From: an uncultured Rivularia sp.
GTDB taxonomy: Bacteria > Cyanobacteriota > Cyanobacteriia > Cyanobacteriales > Nostocaceae
Reading direction: 5' to 3'
Length of the DNA stretch: 64,000 nt
Assembly (NCBI GenBank): GCA_963665115.1
Contig: OY762007.1
Coordinates: 832,001 to 896,000 of the forward strand
Part shown: positions 44,328-55,978 of the stretch, piece after piece
Layout: each line of letters opens with the position of its first letter
How positions within the stretch are numbered: position 1 is the stretch's first letter
Position numbers and translations under genes: made by a program
Notes under the pieces: generated by a model
What the model saw: only the letters and a program-made list of their open reading frames with translations
Told to the model about the DNA's origin: nothing
Databases searched by the model: none

Positions 44328-46170
44328 TTAACTTACCTGCCCTACTTCATTTTGCATTTGATGATATTTCCATAACTTACCGCGTTGTTGTAGTAAGTCT
44401 TGGTATTTTCCTTGCTCGACAATATATCCTCCCTCCAACACAACTACCTTATCGGCTTTAGCTATTGTAGAAAGCCTATGAGCAATAGCAATAACTGTTC
44501 TACCTACAGAAAGTTTTTCTAAAGATTCCTGAATCAAGCGTTCCGATACAGAATCCAAAGCGCTGGTAGCTTCATCCAAAATCAAAATCTGGGGGGTCGC
44601 GAAGTAATGCACGCGCTATGGCTATCCGCTGTCTCTGCCCTCCAGATAATCTGACTCCGCGATCGCCAAGTTGGGTATCGAAGCCTTGAGGCATATCTTC
44701 AATGAATTCTAGTGCATTAGCAAGCCGAGCAGCTTCTTTAATTTCCGCTTCGGTAGCGTCGAGGGTACCGTAAGCAATGTTATTCCAAACAGAAGTATTG
44801 AAAATAAACGTATCTTGACTAACAACAGCCATGTTTTTTCGCAGCGAGTAGATATCAATCTCTTTTAAATCCACTCCATCAATATAAATGTGCCCTTGTG
44901 TTGGATCGTAAAATCGAGGAATCAAATCGGCGAGGGTTGTTTTCCCAGCCCCAGACGCTCCCACCAAAGCAGTTGTTTTTCCCTTTTCAAGCGTAAGGGT
45001 AATATTGTGTAACACTAAATTGGTTGGTTCGTACCCAAAATCAACAGATACTATATCAATAGAACGATTTAACTGCTCAAACTCAGTAGAACCGTTTTGG
45101 AAGTAAGCTTGGTTATCGCTTTCTAAGAGTTGTTTAACATTATCCATCGAACCGTTCAAGGTACTAAGGAAAGCTATCGTTCCATTGATATCTTGAATGC
45201 TGGGTACAACGCGCATCAGAACAAAGAAAAATGTCAATAATGATGCAACTTGTAAGGTAAATACTGTAAAGGAAAGAATAATTAAACCGATAATAGCAGT
45301 AGTTGCAATAGCTGAAGCTATTGGCTTTACTAAAGTCCAAGCCTTTGCAACTTTTATGGAAGCGTTCAACAATTGACCGCTAACGCTGTAAAAACGCTGA
45401 CGTTCAAAGTCTTGCGTACCCGATGCGTGAACCGTGCGGATACCGTTAATAAACTCCGTAGCTGTTGAATGAAAAGCACCGTTAGCATTAGAAATACCAA
45501 AACTCGATTCTCGAACGCGAGCATTGAGCGTTGAAAGTCCTACACCTAACAGTGCAAATAGCAACACTGAAACAATTGAAAGCTGCCATGAAATTACAAA
45601 CATGGTGATAAAGTAAACAGCGACTGCCATGCCTCTGATTATCACAAAAGCAACACCACCGAAGCCTTGTTTTAATCTCTCAATTTCAGTGGTGATTGTA
45701 TTTATCAGTTCGCCGGAACGAGTTTTGACAAAGTAACTTAACGGTAATGCTTGTAAATGTTCAAACATCCGCTTACGCAAGCGATCTGCAAGGTTCAGTT
45801 GTGCTGATTCTGTATAGATCGAACTGAAGTAATCAAATATGGAGCGCAGCCAAGTACTTAACAATATTAAGATTGATATTCTATACATACGGCTGGTTGC
45901 GGAAGTTTTAATTCCCAGTATCCAGATATCAAACCAAGCAACACCTGTTTGAACTGGTTCCGCATCGGCTGCATTCGTTAAGCTTTGTAAAAAAGTTAGC
46001 AAAAAACCAATACTAAAACCTTCAAAAGCTGCTGCTAATATCGAAAAAACTATAGCAAAAATAGTAACTTTGCGAAAGTGCTTAAATTCTCGCAGCACTA
46101 AATAATTATTCTTCCAGAACTTGCTAGCTTTAAATAAGTTGCTTAATGGCTGGTATATTTTTGAATGCAT
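44328..46170 (-). CDS. hepA: Heterocyst envelope polysaccharide ABC transporter HepA, split by a +1 frameshift at the G-run 44591-44596
   Basis: TM domain plus GASGAGKT and LSGGQRQR; removing one base restores [14 protein letters not shown]; directly downstream of hepC. Confidence 0.9.
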
Positions 46171-46408
46171 ATATATTTTTTTAACTATTAGAGTCAGGGC
46201 GATATTTCAATTCTTCTCGATCTAAGAAGATTTTTGTGCAGTATAGCCAGTCCCCGCCTACCGCCAGGTTTTTTGTAATGATTGCGCTTGCGGGTAAAAT
46301 GCCAACACGAGAGGTAAAATATCGCTCTTAAAAATGCTGGCACTTTTTATCAGCTTTGTCTTTGAAGCATGAATAATATTAATTTGATAGAAAAAGCAGG
46401 TATATCAA

Positions 46409-47197
46409 TTAAGATGTTTGACTATCTAAATGTAATATGCTTGATTCTTCTGTCTCTACTTCCCAAGAACCCATAATTCCGGGTAGATTATTCAGTTGCT
46501 TCTGTGATAAAGGAGTTAACCTTACCGCATCTTCTAAAGTCCAGCAGCGAGAACCAAATAAGCCCATTTCGCCCCGAATTACATTCAACAATTGCGGTAA
46601 ATTATCCAAACCGTATTTACGCATCCATTTCCCTAATAGTGTAGTTGCTTTTGTTATCTCTTTGTTCTCGATTTTCTGATTTACAGATGTTGTGCGAAAT
46701 TTGATTAATTTAAATAATCTGCCTCTTTCACCGACATACCAAGAACGTTCAAACAATGGTGCTTGAACATCAATTTTCATTAATGCGCTTAATAACAGCA
46801 TTAGTGGACTAACTACAAGTAAAACCACGGTGGCGATCGCCCATTCGCAAAGGCGTTTCATCGATGATAAAAAGTTACTGTTGGATTTTGGCTGTTTTCT
46901 ATCGGTACCAATCTGTAAATATATTGGTTTAGAAGCCGAGTATGCAGCATCTGCCCAAAGCTTTACTTTCTCTTCCCCTAATTTCGGATCTATACGAACT
47001 AAGTTAACGGAAGAATGTTGCAAGCATTCTTTTAAAGATTCATAGGTATCTAATAAGGGCATATAAGGCTGCTTAACCGTACCTATAGGCTTTACCAATA
47101 ATTGATTGCGTCGCCATTGAAGAGTACAGTAAATCGAGCTATTAGCTTCAGATACACTAGAGCTATTGTTTACAGTTGCCAGTAAGTCAGTTTTCAT
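46409..47197 (-). CDS. hepC: Heterocyst development sugar transferase HepC
   Basis: CTLQWRRNQLLVK N-terminal part plus bacterial sugar-transferase domain (KFRT, LDNLPQLLNVIRGEM); upstream of hepA. Confidence 0.88.
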   Translation of the reverse strand: MKTDLLATVNNSSSVSEANSSIYCTLQWRRNQLLVKPIGTVKQPYMPLLDTYESLKECLQHSSVNLVRIDPKLGEEKVKLWADAAYSASKPIYLQIGTDRKQPKSNSNFLSSMKRLCEWAIATVVLLVVSPLMLLLSALMKIDVQAPLFERSWYVGERGRLFKLIKFRTTSVNQKIENKEITKATTLLGKWMRKYGLDNLPQLLNVIRGEMGLFGSRCWTLEDAVRLTPLSQKQLNNLPGIMGSWEVETEESSILHLDSQTS

Positions 47198-48207
47198 ATC
47201 AATTTTAACTAATATAGTGGTAGACAGCTTGTCTTATATACAACGTGTCAAAATGCCTTTAATGCCCGTAATGTTTGGCTTGACTTCCCAAAAACGGAAG
47301 TTATCCAGGCAAATATTGTTAGAGAGAAAAGTTCCGTTGCGGTAATTGCATACCTATCATTTCGATTTTTGAAGATGTATGTTGAAAGAAGATGCGAGAC
47401 TATAGATAAATCTACCGAACCTCGCGATTACTTTTTCTTTTTACAACGGTATTCAATAAATAGGATATAGGAAACAATAGAAATAACGTTGTCTAAAATG
47501 AATTCTTTATTTATTCTTCAAATAGTTACTACTTTATTCTCGGAATTATTAAGGTACTATGAATTCTTTTTAGGTAACACTTAATTACCGTATTCTAAAT
47601 AGTCTAGGCGATTGTAACATAAATATTTTTTAGGATTTAATGAACCTTTCTATTTATCTGAGGTTTTTTCGTAAATAAACTAAATATATAAGGGAATTTA
47701 CGTAAACTTCATATATATCCCCTCAAACATCGTTCAAATTTAATAAAACTATAAATAAAAACAAGTGATTCGATTTTAGATTTGCGTCATTGAAAGCTAT
47801 TTTTGTACGCAGCTAACTAGCTTCAGAATTCCGAGCTTAGCCATTTATTATAGTTTTGTAAATTCTGTCATCAGATACCCTCTCCAAAGTATTAGAGAAG
47901 GTTGAGTTTCTTATCTATTTTGTCCCAGTCTGATTTGTCAGACTTTGTATATAAGTCTGGGAATTGATTCCAAGGCGGTTATGAAAGCTAATTGCGAATG
48001 CCCCGAGATGTCACAAACCCACATCTTGCACGATTCTCAACAAGCCCAAAGAAGTCCAGTTTCTCTGGGTAAAACATGATTCTTTCGTAGTGCGACTCGT
48101 GCAGAAACCCGAAATCGAAACAAATTAAAAATATAAAAGGCATACGCTTAAATAGAAGCGCAGCCTTAAAAATAAACGATTATCTGGCGTTGCAGTTAAT
48201 TGAACAC

Positions 48208-50443
48208 CTATTCTTCCACGGCTGCTTTCAATGCTAATTGCTGTTGCTTCACGTTGGGGACGTAGCTGTAGCCAGTTTTTGAAACTCCATTTGCGACAAC
48301 CCCAAGTAAATTTAATTTACCCAGCATGGCTGTAGCTTGTGCGAGTTGTGTGCGAGTAACTCCTCCAATACTTGCTACCATAACTACGCCACGACAAGTT
48401 GATGCAGTGAGTAAAGCATCTACTAAACCAAGAACTGAAGCAGCGTCCAAGATGACTAAATCGTAGCTTTCTTCAAAGGCGCTCATTAATTCTTCCATGC
48501 GAGGAGAGCTTAATAGATTCGCAGGGTCCTCTGGAACTGGCCCTGCGGTTAAAATATCTATATAAGATGAGCCTGAAGATTGAAGAGTTATCTGGTTAGG
48601 TAAAGCTACATCGCTTGTCAGCAGAGTAGAAAGTCCTTGTTCGTTGGGCAGATTTAGATGTTTGTGTACGCTGGGATCTCGTAAATTCGCATCAATTAAT
48701 AGTACCTTTTTATGCAGACGAGCAGCACTCATTGCTAAACCTAAAGCCAAGGCTGATTTACCTTCATCGGGTAATGCCGACGTTATCATTAAAGATTTGA
48801 AGGCGGAAACAGAATTTAGTAATTCTATGTTTTTATAAATTAGGTCGAGTGATTCCCAGCGCGGTGGCGATTGCAATACCTGAATCGTCCAGGGAGCAAG
48901 CACTTCTGGCTTCCCAAAAGGTAGTTTAAACACCGATTCCTTAGTTTTAGCAACAGGTAATTTAGGAGTTGTTCCTAAAAGCGGAATCGCAAATTGTTTC
49001 TCTAATTCGGCAGTAGTGCGAACTGCATCGTCTCCTGCTTCCCTCGCGAAAGCCGCGATACCTCCTAACATTAAACCAACTACTCCACCTAATAGCAGGT
49101 TTTGTTGCAGGTTAGGGCCTAAAGAATCTCCTTCCTGGGGTTCTTCTACTACTTCCCAGTTAAATCCGCCTTTGTCAAGTTCTTGCTCTACTTTTTGTTC
49201 CGCTGTCAATAACTCCTGGAAGCGTTTTCGGCTGCGATCTACCTGGGGTTGTAAACGATTGTACTCAGCTAGCAAACGAGGAAATTTGGTCAGTTCTTGC
49301 TGTAGCTGCTGTTCTTTTTCTGCCAAACTTTGGTCGCGTGCGCGTAAAGCTAAAAGGTTTGTTTGGGTTTCTACTAAGGTGCTAGCAAGGTTGAGATCCG
49401 TTTGGGAAAGCTGTCCTTGACTGAGTAATTCACCAGTATTTACATTTTTTGCATCAATATTACTACCTCCCAAAGCTCGCCCTACTTCTTGTTGTAGTAG
49501 CTGCTTTTGCTCTGTAAGCTGTTCCTTGAGCTTTAACACATCGGGATGTTCGGCTGTAAAACGTAGATTTGCTTGAGCGATCGCAAGTTCGGTTGTTTGG
49601 ATTTCGTTAAGCAAAGACTGGTAGCGACTTGATTGACTCAAACGAGAAGAAACAAGCGCTTTTTGGGGAGTGCGTTTTAATTGTTTTTGTAATGAATCTA
49701 GGCGTGCTTGAGCTTCTTTATATTGGTTGTGAGTTGTGCGTCGTTCTTGTTGAATATTATTTAAAGCAGTTTCATAAGCTTGAGCTTGTGTTTGGGGGGT
49801 CTGTTAAATTTTGAGAGTTGCGAAACCTTAACAACTGAAATTCAGCTTTGTTTAACTCATCTGTTACCTTCTTTTTCTGTTCTCTAATTACTTTTAGACC
49901 ATTTCTTAAACGCTTTTTCTGCTGTTCTTCGTTGAAATCGAGATAAACTTCCCGTATGGCTTCTAATACTCTTTGAGTTTTGTTCGCGTCTTTAGCTGTA
50001 TACTCAACTTGAACAATTTTAGTTGCAGCGTCATCGTCTCTTGACCTTAATTTCTTTAAAGCCAAAGAACTTTTTATCTCTTTTACGGTAATTTCCGGGT
50101 ATTCGGGCTTTAGTTTTTCAACTGCTTGTTTAATAAGTGAAGACTTACCCATCAATTCTAATTGGGTATCCATATCTATCTTCACATTAGAGTCGGTAAA
50201 CTCATTTTTATCTAGCCCATTTCCTTCTGCTTTTCCCTGATAGTTTGGCTCCACCAACAGTTCCATTGAACTTTTAAAACTGGGCGGGGTTCTACGATAC
50301 ACATAATAACCCGCACCGACTGAAGCCAAAAATACTATCAAAAACCAAGGAAATCGCCGGATTAATACCGCAAACAGCTGCCCGTAACCCGGTTCTGAAT
50401 CAGCAGCTGGATTTACATGGGGACTTAGACTCGTTTGCATCAC
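48208..50443 (-). CDS. Wzc/GumC-type polysaccharide chain-length tyrosine kinase, split by a +1 frameshift at the G-run 49794-49799
   Basis: Wzz-like N-terminus, coiled coil, second TM, ITSALPDEGKS, LLIDANLR; removing one base gives a continuous frame (TDPQTQAQ…). Confidence 0.92.
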
Positions 50444-50459
50444 TTTTTTATTTCCTCGG

Positions 50460-51569
50460 CTAACAAATCAGGGACTGCGATCGCTGTAAGCTACTAGTTT
50501 GGTCGATGACTTTCTCGACTTTACTAAAAAATGCTTCTTCCGAAAAATTTGCTACAGCATGATTGCGGATGTTTTCGTAATTCCAATAGATTTCCCTGGC
50601 TTCTAATAAGGCAGTTTGTAGAGAGTCAGGCGTTTGCCTCTTGAAAAACACTCCTGTTTTTCCTGGCACCTGAGTATCTAAAACTCCTCCCGCTCCAAAG
50701 GCCACTACCGGGGTTCCGCTAGCATTTGCTTCTACCGGAACCAACCCATAGTCTTCTAAGGCTGCGACTATTACAGATTTCGCTTTCGCAAACAATTGAG
50801 TACGTTCTAAATCGGATACGTGACCTACAAATTCGATATTTTTCAATGCTTTTGATTGTAAGCGTTCTCTCTCTGGGCCGTCACCTGATATTTTCAGTTG
50901 CCACCCCAGCCAATTAAAAGCTTCAACTATTATATCAAGTCGTTTGTAACCGATCATTCTAGCTGATGCAAGAAAATAATCATCTTTTGATTGTGAATAA
51001 ATAAACTTACTGGTATCAATTGGATAGTTAATGACTATTGCTTTTTTACCGTAGATGCTCTTAATACGCCGTGCGACAACGCTAGAATTCGCAATATAAA
51101 GGTCTGGCTCTTGTGCATAAGTTAGGTCAACATTTCTCATTAATTGAAATACTCTTTCAATTAACGGAGCAAAATACTGATAATCAGCATATTCTCTTAA
51201 ATAAGTTTCGGTATCCCATAGAAAACGGGTAACATTATGACAAAAGCAAACGTGTCGTGCCTTGGGGTTTTTTCGTACTGCTTTAGCAAAACTAGTACTG
51301 CTACTGATAATTAAATCATATTCTTGCAAATCTAAAGCACGAAAGGCAGGAAAATAAAAGGGAGCCATTAACCGGAAATATTTGGCTGCACCAGGAATAT
51401 GTTGCAAATAAGTTGTCTTAACTATCCTTTCGCCTAAATCAATGGTTTTTTGAGCATCGTATAAAGATGTAAAAACGTCTGCTTGAGGAAAGCGTTTGCA
51501 AAGTAATTCAAAAACCCGTTCTGCGCCACCTCTTTGGGTTAAATAATCATGAACTAAGGCAATTTTCAT
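50460..51569 (-). CDS. Family 4 glycosyltransferase (mannosyltransferase-like, HEP island)
   Basis: MKIALVHDYL…GGAERV and EDYGLVPVEANASG motifs. Confidence 0.93.
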   Translation of the reverse strand: MKIALVHDYLTQRGGAERVFELLCKRFPQADVFTSLYDAQKTIDLGERIVKTTYLQHIPGAAKYFRLMAPFYFPAFRALDLQEYDLIISSSTSFAKAVRKNPKARHVCFCHNVTRFLWDTETYLREYADYQYFAPLIERVFQLMRNVDLTYAQEPDLYIANSSVVARRIKSIYGKKAIVINYPIDTSKFIYSQSKDDYFLASARMIGYKRLDIIVEAFNWLGWQLKISGDGPERERLQSKALKNIEFVGHVSDLERTQLFAKAKSVIVAALEDYGLVPVEANASGTPVVAFGAGGVLDTQVPGKTGVFFKRQTPDSLQTALLEAREIYWNYENIRNHAVANFSEEAFFSKVEKVIDQTSSLQRSQSLIC

Positions 51570-51717
51570 TTTTTTTCCTATGAAATTACAGTTCGCCTGT
51601 AAGAGAGTTAAAAAAATAGTTTGAATTTTTATCGGAGCTTATATTTTAATCGGAATATATAACATTTATATTCATCGTTTTACAAATATTTTTTACTTTC
51701 AATAGTGAAAAATACAT

Positions 51718-52482
51718 TTAATCTTTAAAAAACATTTCGTAAGATGAATATATTGCCTGCTTAAAGCTGGAAGGCAAATTGGGGGTTTGCGATTCGTAAG
51801 CTGCAATTGCTTGATGCTTTTTTTGTTTAAAGCTACCAAGAGATAATCGGTAAAGATGACTATTTTTATGCAAATATTCATGTCTTGAGAGCGGATTCCG
51901 CCACAGCATCCAAATCGGATATTGCAAAAGTTCTATCTGCATTTTCGATTTTTTAATGGCACTCCGCACTAAAGAGTAAGTGGCTTCATGGTCTGGATGT
52001 CCATCCTGGGAATGTGGAACGTAAACTTCTTGTGGTTCAAAGGATTGGATAATTTCGACTAGTTTACTAATTAATAAGTTTTGTTTCTCTAAAGAGAGTT
52101 GACCTAAAGAACCATCAGTTTCGCCCAGGTATAGAGCCTGTGAAGGTTCGATTCCCAAAACTTCAAGAGCTTCCGCCGCTTCTTCTTGACGATATTGAAT
52201 AACATTCTCCGGTTTAACCCAATCTGGTTTACTACCGAAACGTCCATCTGTGAGAAACACTACTTTGACTGGTATTCCTTGAGAACGCTTGATAGCGATA
52301 GTTCCTCCACAACCTATAGTTTCATCATCTTGGTGTGGAGAAAAGACTATTGCTGGTTTATTGTTCGCCTCTATTGGTTTACTTTTGAAACGTAGCAACC
52401 AATTATAAAATACATTGTAGTTTGCATCTCTAACGGCTGCTCCTAAAGTTATTCGTAATTGGTTTAAAGGCAGTTTAAACAT
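51718..52482 (-). CDS. PIG-L/LmbE-family deacetylase
   Basis: SPHQDDETIG, LTDG, R.EEA and HPDH motifs; start overlaps the upstream gene's stop. Confidence 0.92.
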   Translation of the reverse strand: MFKLPLNQLRITLGAAVRDANYNVFYNWLLRFKSKPIEANNKPAIVFSPHQDDETIGCGGTIAIKRSQGIPVKVVFLTDGRFGSKPDWVKPENVIQYRQEEAAEALEVLGIEPSQALYLGETDGSLGQLSLEKQNLLISKLVEIIQSFEPQEVYVPHSQDGHPDHEATYSLVRSAIKKSKMQIELLQYPIWMLWRNPLSRHEYLHKNSHLYRLSLGSFKQKKHQAIAAYESQTPNLPSSFKQAIYSSYEMFFKD

Positions 52483-53680
52483 AGGTTAATGATTCGTTTT
52501 TGATCCCGTATTGCAACATGATTTTTTCAATTGTTTCTCTATAAACTTGAACAAAATGCTCTCTTGTATGATTTTCTCGCACAAATTCCCAAGAGTTCTT
52601 AGCCATTTGTTCGAGTTCTGATGGATCTAATTGTGAAATATTCTCAATACTTTTCTTGATTTCTTCGACAGAATTTTCTTTTAAAATAACCCCATAATCA
52701 TCGCTAACATCTACGCTAGATTCATAACTCACAATTGGAACTAGTCCTGTATGCATACAGTTGATAACGCATCCGCCGCCGCCTTCGGAACAAGAAGGGT
52801 AAACAATAGCCAAACAACTGTTAACAATGTCTATAAATTTTTGAGAGGTAACATCAACCCAACCAACTGTATGAATGTTAGGAGTTTGATAAAGTTCTTT
52901 GTAAAAAGCTGCTTCAAATTCTTTTTCTTTATTAATCGGACCGCAAATGGTTAAATGTTTATCCGGCATTTGGGAAAAGGCATCTAGAAGTAAATCCAAT
53001 CCCTTATGAACTAAACCACCGCTACCAAACCAAAGGAAGTTTTTACGGCAAGCGGCAAAATCTTTATCTGGCCAAGGATATAGCGTTGGGGCAGAAATAG
53101 GAATTCGGTGCAGCGGTTTATTTGCGTATTTAAACGTATTCATCGTAAACTCGTTACCAAGAACCGTAGCGCAATCGGCGTATTCGATCGCTTTGTTTGG
53201 CGGCTCGAATCTTTGAGGACTCAAAGTAATACCGCGTCTTTGCTGCAATCCTAGTAACCTATTCGCTTCAGCTGCATTATGAAATAAAATATGCGCTGTA
53301 TCGGAGTGGAATATTTTTATGCAATCCTGATTTAAAAATGGTATGCATCTTTGTAAATTCCAACGTGTTTCTATAAAAAAGGTATAGTGTTTTTTAGGAA
53401 TAAATACGTCGTTGTAAAACCAGATAACATCAACGTTATAACCTAAGTCTAAATAAGTTTTAGCCATTTGCAGGCATTCCCAATGTTGGGTATGAAAAGT
53501 TGGGACGGGTTCGCCTGGTTTTAAAGTAAATGGGTTTAAAACATAGGATATTAGTACGTTTCCGACTGCTGGTTGATTTGGCTCTAATGAAATCATCCGC
53601 CGTCTTTCGAGACGACCTTGTATTTTGTCGGCTACTACAGCAACGTTATCTGTTACGCGCTTAATTAAATTGGTTTTCAT
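52475..53680 (-). CDS. GT-B fold glycosyltransferase (family 4-like)
   Basis: HKGLDLLLDAF and PSCSEG motifs. Confidence 0.85.
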   Translation of the reverse strand: MKTNLIKRVTDNVAVVADKIQGRLERRRMISLEPNQPAVGNVLISYVLNPFTLKPGEPVPTFHTQHWECLQMAKTYLDLGYNVDVIWFYNDVFIPKKHYTFFIETRWNLQRCIPFLNQDCIKIFHSDTAHILFHNAAEANRLLGLQQRRGITLSPQRFEPPNKAIEYADCATVLGNEFTMNTFKYANKPLHRIPISAPTLYPWPDKDFAACRKNFLWFGSGGLVHKGLDLLLDAFSQMPDKHLTICGPINKEKEFEAAFYKELYQTPNIHTVGWVDVTSQKFIDIVNSCLAIVYPSCSEGGGGCVINCMHTGLVPIVSYESSVDVSDDYGVILKENSVEEIKKSIENISQLDPSELEQMAKNSWEFVRENHTREHFVQVYRETIEKIMLQYGIKNESLTYV

Positions 53681-53854
53681 AAATGCCCCCTAACAAAGTT
53701 AGATAAAGTTTGAACTAACGGTAGAGAAATTGAATGTTGTGAGAAGAATCTATCAATATATTTCAGTTGAGGAAGACTCTTCACTACACAACTTATGTCT
53801 TCTAGGCTACTTAGATTAAATAATAACCCAACACATCTCTTTCTACACCGTTTT

Positions 53855-55168
53855 TTATCTAGCTATTGCCAAGGTTTTTGATGGAGCGAATTTTGCGTTT
53901 TGTTCTTCTCGCAGTTTGTCGCAAAGTCTACCTTGTGGTACTTCTACGTCATCGTAGGTGAGAACTTGGTCTTTGGAGATGTCTCGTTTTAAACGACATC
54001 CTTCGGCTAATCCCATTGGTAACAAGTTTTGTTCGCGAACTATTTCGGAGTTCTCGCATTGACCATAGGTCATATAGTAACCAATGCCATCAAGGGTTTC
54101 TCCAGCCTTGAGATTAATTTTAGCGGTGGCTACCACATCTACAAGGGGACCTCCCAAAGGAGCCATTACAGCATCTCCGAATAGTACCGCACGGGCTACT
54201 GACAGAGGTACTTCAAAATGGCACAAATGATAGGGGGTATAAAAGCTGTAAAGAGGACCTTCACCTAACTTATACAAATTGAGATAGTGCTGCTGTTTGG
54301 GGTCATCATGAGTTGCAAAAACGAATACTCCAGGACCGGGTTTAGCTCCGACAACGTAATCAACTATACCGCCAAGTTCCTTTAACTGGTCAATATCATA
54401 CATCGAAGTCATTTCATCAACATGACCTTTGAAGTCGTAGCCCAGCATTCCTCTTTGAGCAACTTTCATTCCCGTAGCATTAGCAACAATTGCTTGCTCG
54501 AAAGAAATTTTACTACCGTCGGCAAAGCTAGTTACCATATGAGGCTTTTGTCCCCAACGTTTAGCAAATGCTTCTTGAGTAGTTGGGTTGCGGTAAGGAT
54601 CTTGCAATCCCTTGATGTTTCCGCAAAGCAATGGAGTCAAACCAATACTCTTAACAAACCGATAGAGGTTCATTTCTACCCCTGGTTGATCTCCATCACA
54701 AGCTGAGAGAACGACTCCAGCTTTATCGGCATAAAGTTTCAATATTGAACCAATAGTACCGTCAAGTTCGGCATTCATCATAATGATATGCTTGCGATGA
54801 GCGATCGCCTCCATCACAACATGAGCGCCGAATTCAATCGCTCCGGTTACTTCGATAATTGCATCAATACCTTCAGCGCGACACAACAACATTGCATCTT
54901 CAGTTACTGCGTATTCACCTTTTTTTACAGCATTTTCCAAATCCGCTACATTGGAAATTTCTTTAATAGTTTCAATTCCCGCCTCACGATAAGCTCGTTT
55001 TGCAGCATCTACACTACGGTTAGAAATCGCCACCAATTCCATTCCAGGAACCGAATTTGCAATTTGGTTGGCAATTCCGCGCCCCATAAAACCCGCACCA
55101 ATCATTGCTACTTTGACTGGGTTTCCTGCTTGGGCGCGTTTTTGTAAAGCGTTGTCTATGATAATCAT
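53855..55168 (-). CDS. NAD(P)-dependent oxidoreductase with C-terminal SAF domain
   Basis: GAGFMG Rossmann motif, GDQPG, DGSKI, PYHL, and a SAF-like end (AKINLKAGETLDGIG). Confidence 0.88.
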   Translation of the reverse strand: MIIIDNALQKRAQAGNPVKVAMIGAGFMGRGIANQIANSVPGMELVAISNRSVDAAKRAYREAGIETIKEISNVADLENAVKKGEYAVTEDAMLLCRAEGIDAIIEVTGAIEFGAHVVMEAIAHRKHIIMMNAELDGTIGSILKLYADKAGVVLSACDGDQPGVEMNLYRFVKSIGLTPLLCGNIKGLQDPYRNPTTQEAFAKRWGQKPHMVTSFADGSKISFEQAIVANATGMKVAQRGMLGYDFKGHVDEMTSMYDIDQLKELGGIVDYVVGAKPGPGVFVFATHDDPKQQHYLNLYKLGEGPLYSFYTPYHLCHFEVPLSVARAVLFGDAVMAPLGGPLVDVVATAKINLKAGETLDGIGYYMTYGQCENSEIVREQNLLPMGLAEGCRLKRDISKDQVLTYDDVEVPQGRLCDKLREEQNAKFAPSKTLAIAR

Positions 55169-55230
55169 AAATTTAATTCCTGTTTAGATATCTTGGTTTG
55201 AGTAATTTTGTTTGTGTTGTTTCTTATTCT

Positions 55231-55255
55231 AGTTCCCAGGCTCAGCCTGGGAACT
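55231..55255. repeat. REP-like palindrome
   Basis: agttcccaggctcagcctgggaact, perfect 11-bp stem. Confidence 0.6.
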
Positions 55256-55314
55256 AGGTTTTAGAGGCTCTGCCTCGTTGTGATGTAGTCTTTATGTAGA
55301 TTAAAAAATAGCGA

Positions 55315-55866
55315 TTAAGAAGCACCCCCAACAGTCATCATTCTCATCAAAGGCCACTTAGTGTCTTTTTCAGACATTTCAGTTGCTTGTATGGGCCATT
55401 GGATGTTAAAAAATGGGTCGTCGTAGCGCAACCCTTTTTCGTATCCAGGGGTATAAAATTCACCGACCATATACATAACTTCACAACCATCAGTTAGTGC
55501 TTGGTAGCCGTGAGCAAACATTTCCGGTACGTATAAAGCACGGTGGTTGTCTGCTGATAATTCCACGCCGAAATGCTGTAAATAAGTAGGAGAGTCGGGA
55601 CGCATATCGATAATTACGTCGTAAATAGCACCTTTAGTACAGCGAACTATTTTTGTTTCAGCAGCTGGATCTGTTTGATAGTGCATTCCCCGCAAAGTAC
55701 CTTTTTTATGATTAAAAGACAAATTACATTGAGCAACCACTGGCTTTAAACCATGTGCTTCAAGTTCTTTAGCGCAGAAAGTACGAGCGAAGAAACCACG
55801 GTGGTCGTGTTTTTCTTCTAAATCGATGGTATAAGCCCCTTGAAGTTCGGTTTCGGTAAAAATCAT
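55315..55866 (-). CDS. rfbC: dTDP-4-dehydrorhamnose 3,5-epimerase family protein
   Basis: DHRGFF, GTLRGMHYQ, DVIIDMR and AHGY motifs. Confidence 0.93.
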   Translation of the reverse strand: MIFTETELQGAYTIDLEEKHDHRGFFARTFCAKELEAHGLKPVVAQCNLSFNHKKGTLRGMHYQTDPAAETKIVRCTKGAIYDVIIDMRPDSPTYLQHFGVELSADNHRALYVPEMFAHGYQALTDGCEVMYMVGEFYTPGYEKGLRYDDPFFNIQWPIQATEMSEKDTKWPLMRMMTVGGAS

Positions 55867-55978
55867 GACAACCCCTTTGCAATAATTAAATTTATTAATC
55901 TGGTGGTACTGGTTAATCGAAAAACTTTAGATTAGTAATCCAAAATCAATTAAACCGTACCTATTGGTTTTAATTTTT

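Noticed and set aside
46243..46262. Possible HetR site upstream of hepA (minus strand gtaggcggggactggcta)
   Set aside because: Has the GGG half but lacks the CCC half of GGG-N5-CCC; too weak to call.
44328..50443. Programmed frameshifting or phase variation in hepA and the wzc-like gene
   Set aside because: The same +1 homopolymer pattern hits unrelated genes across the window, so assembly error is more parsimonious.
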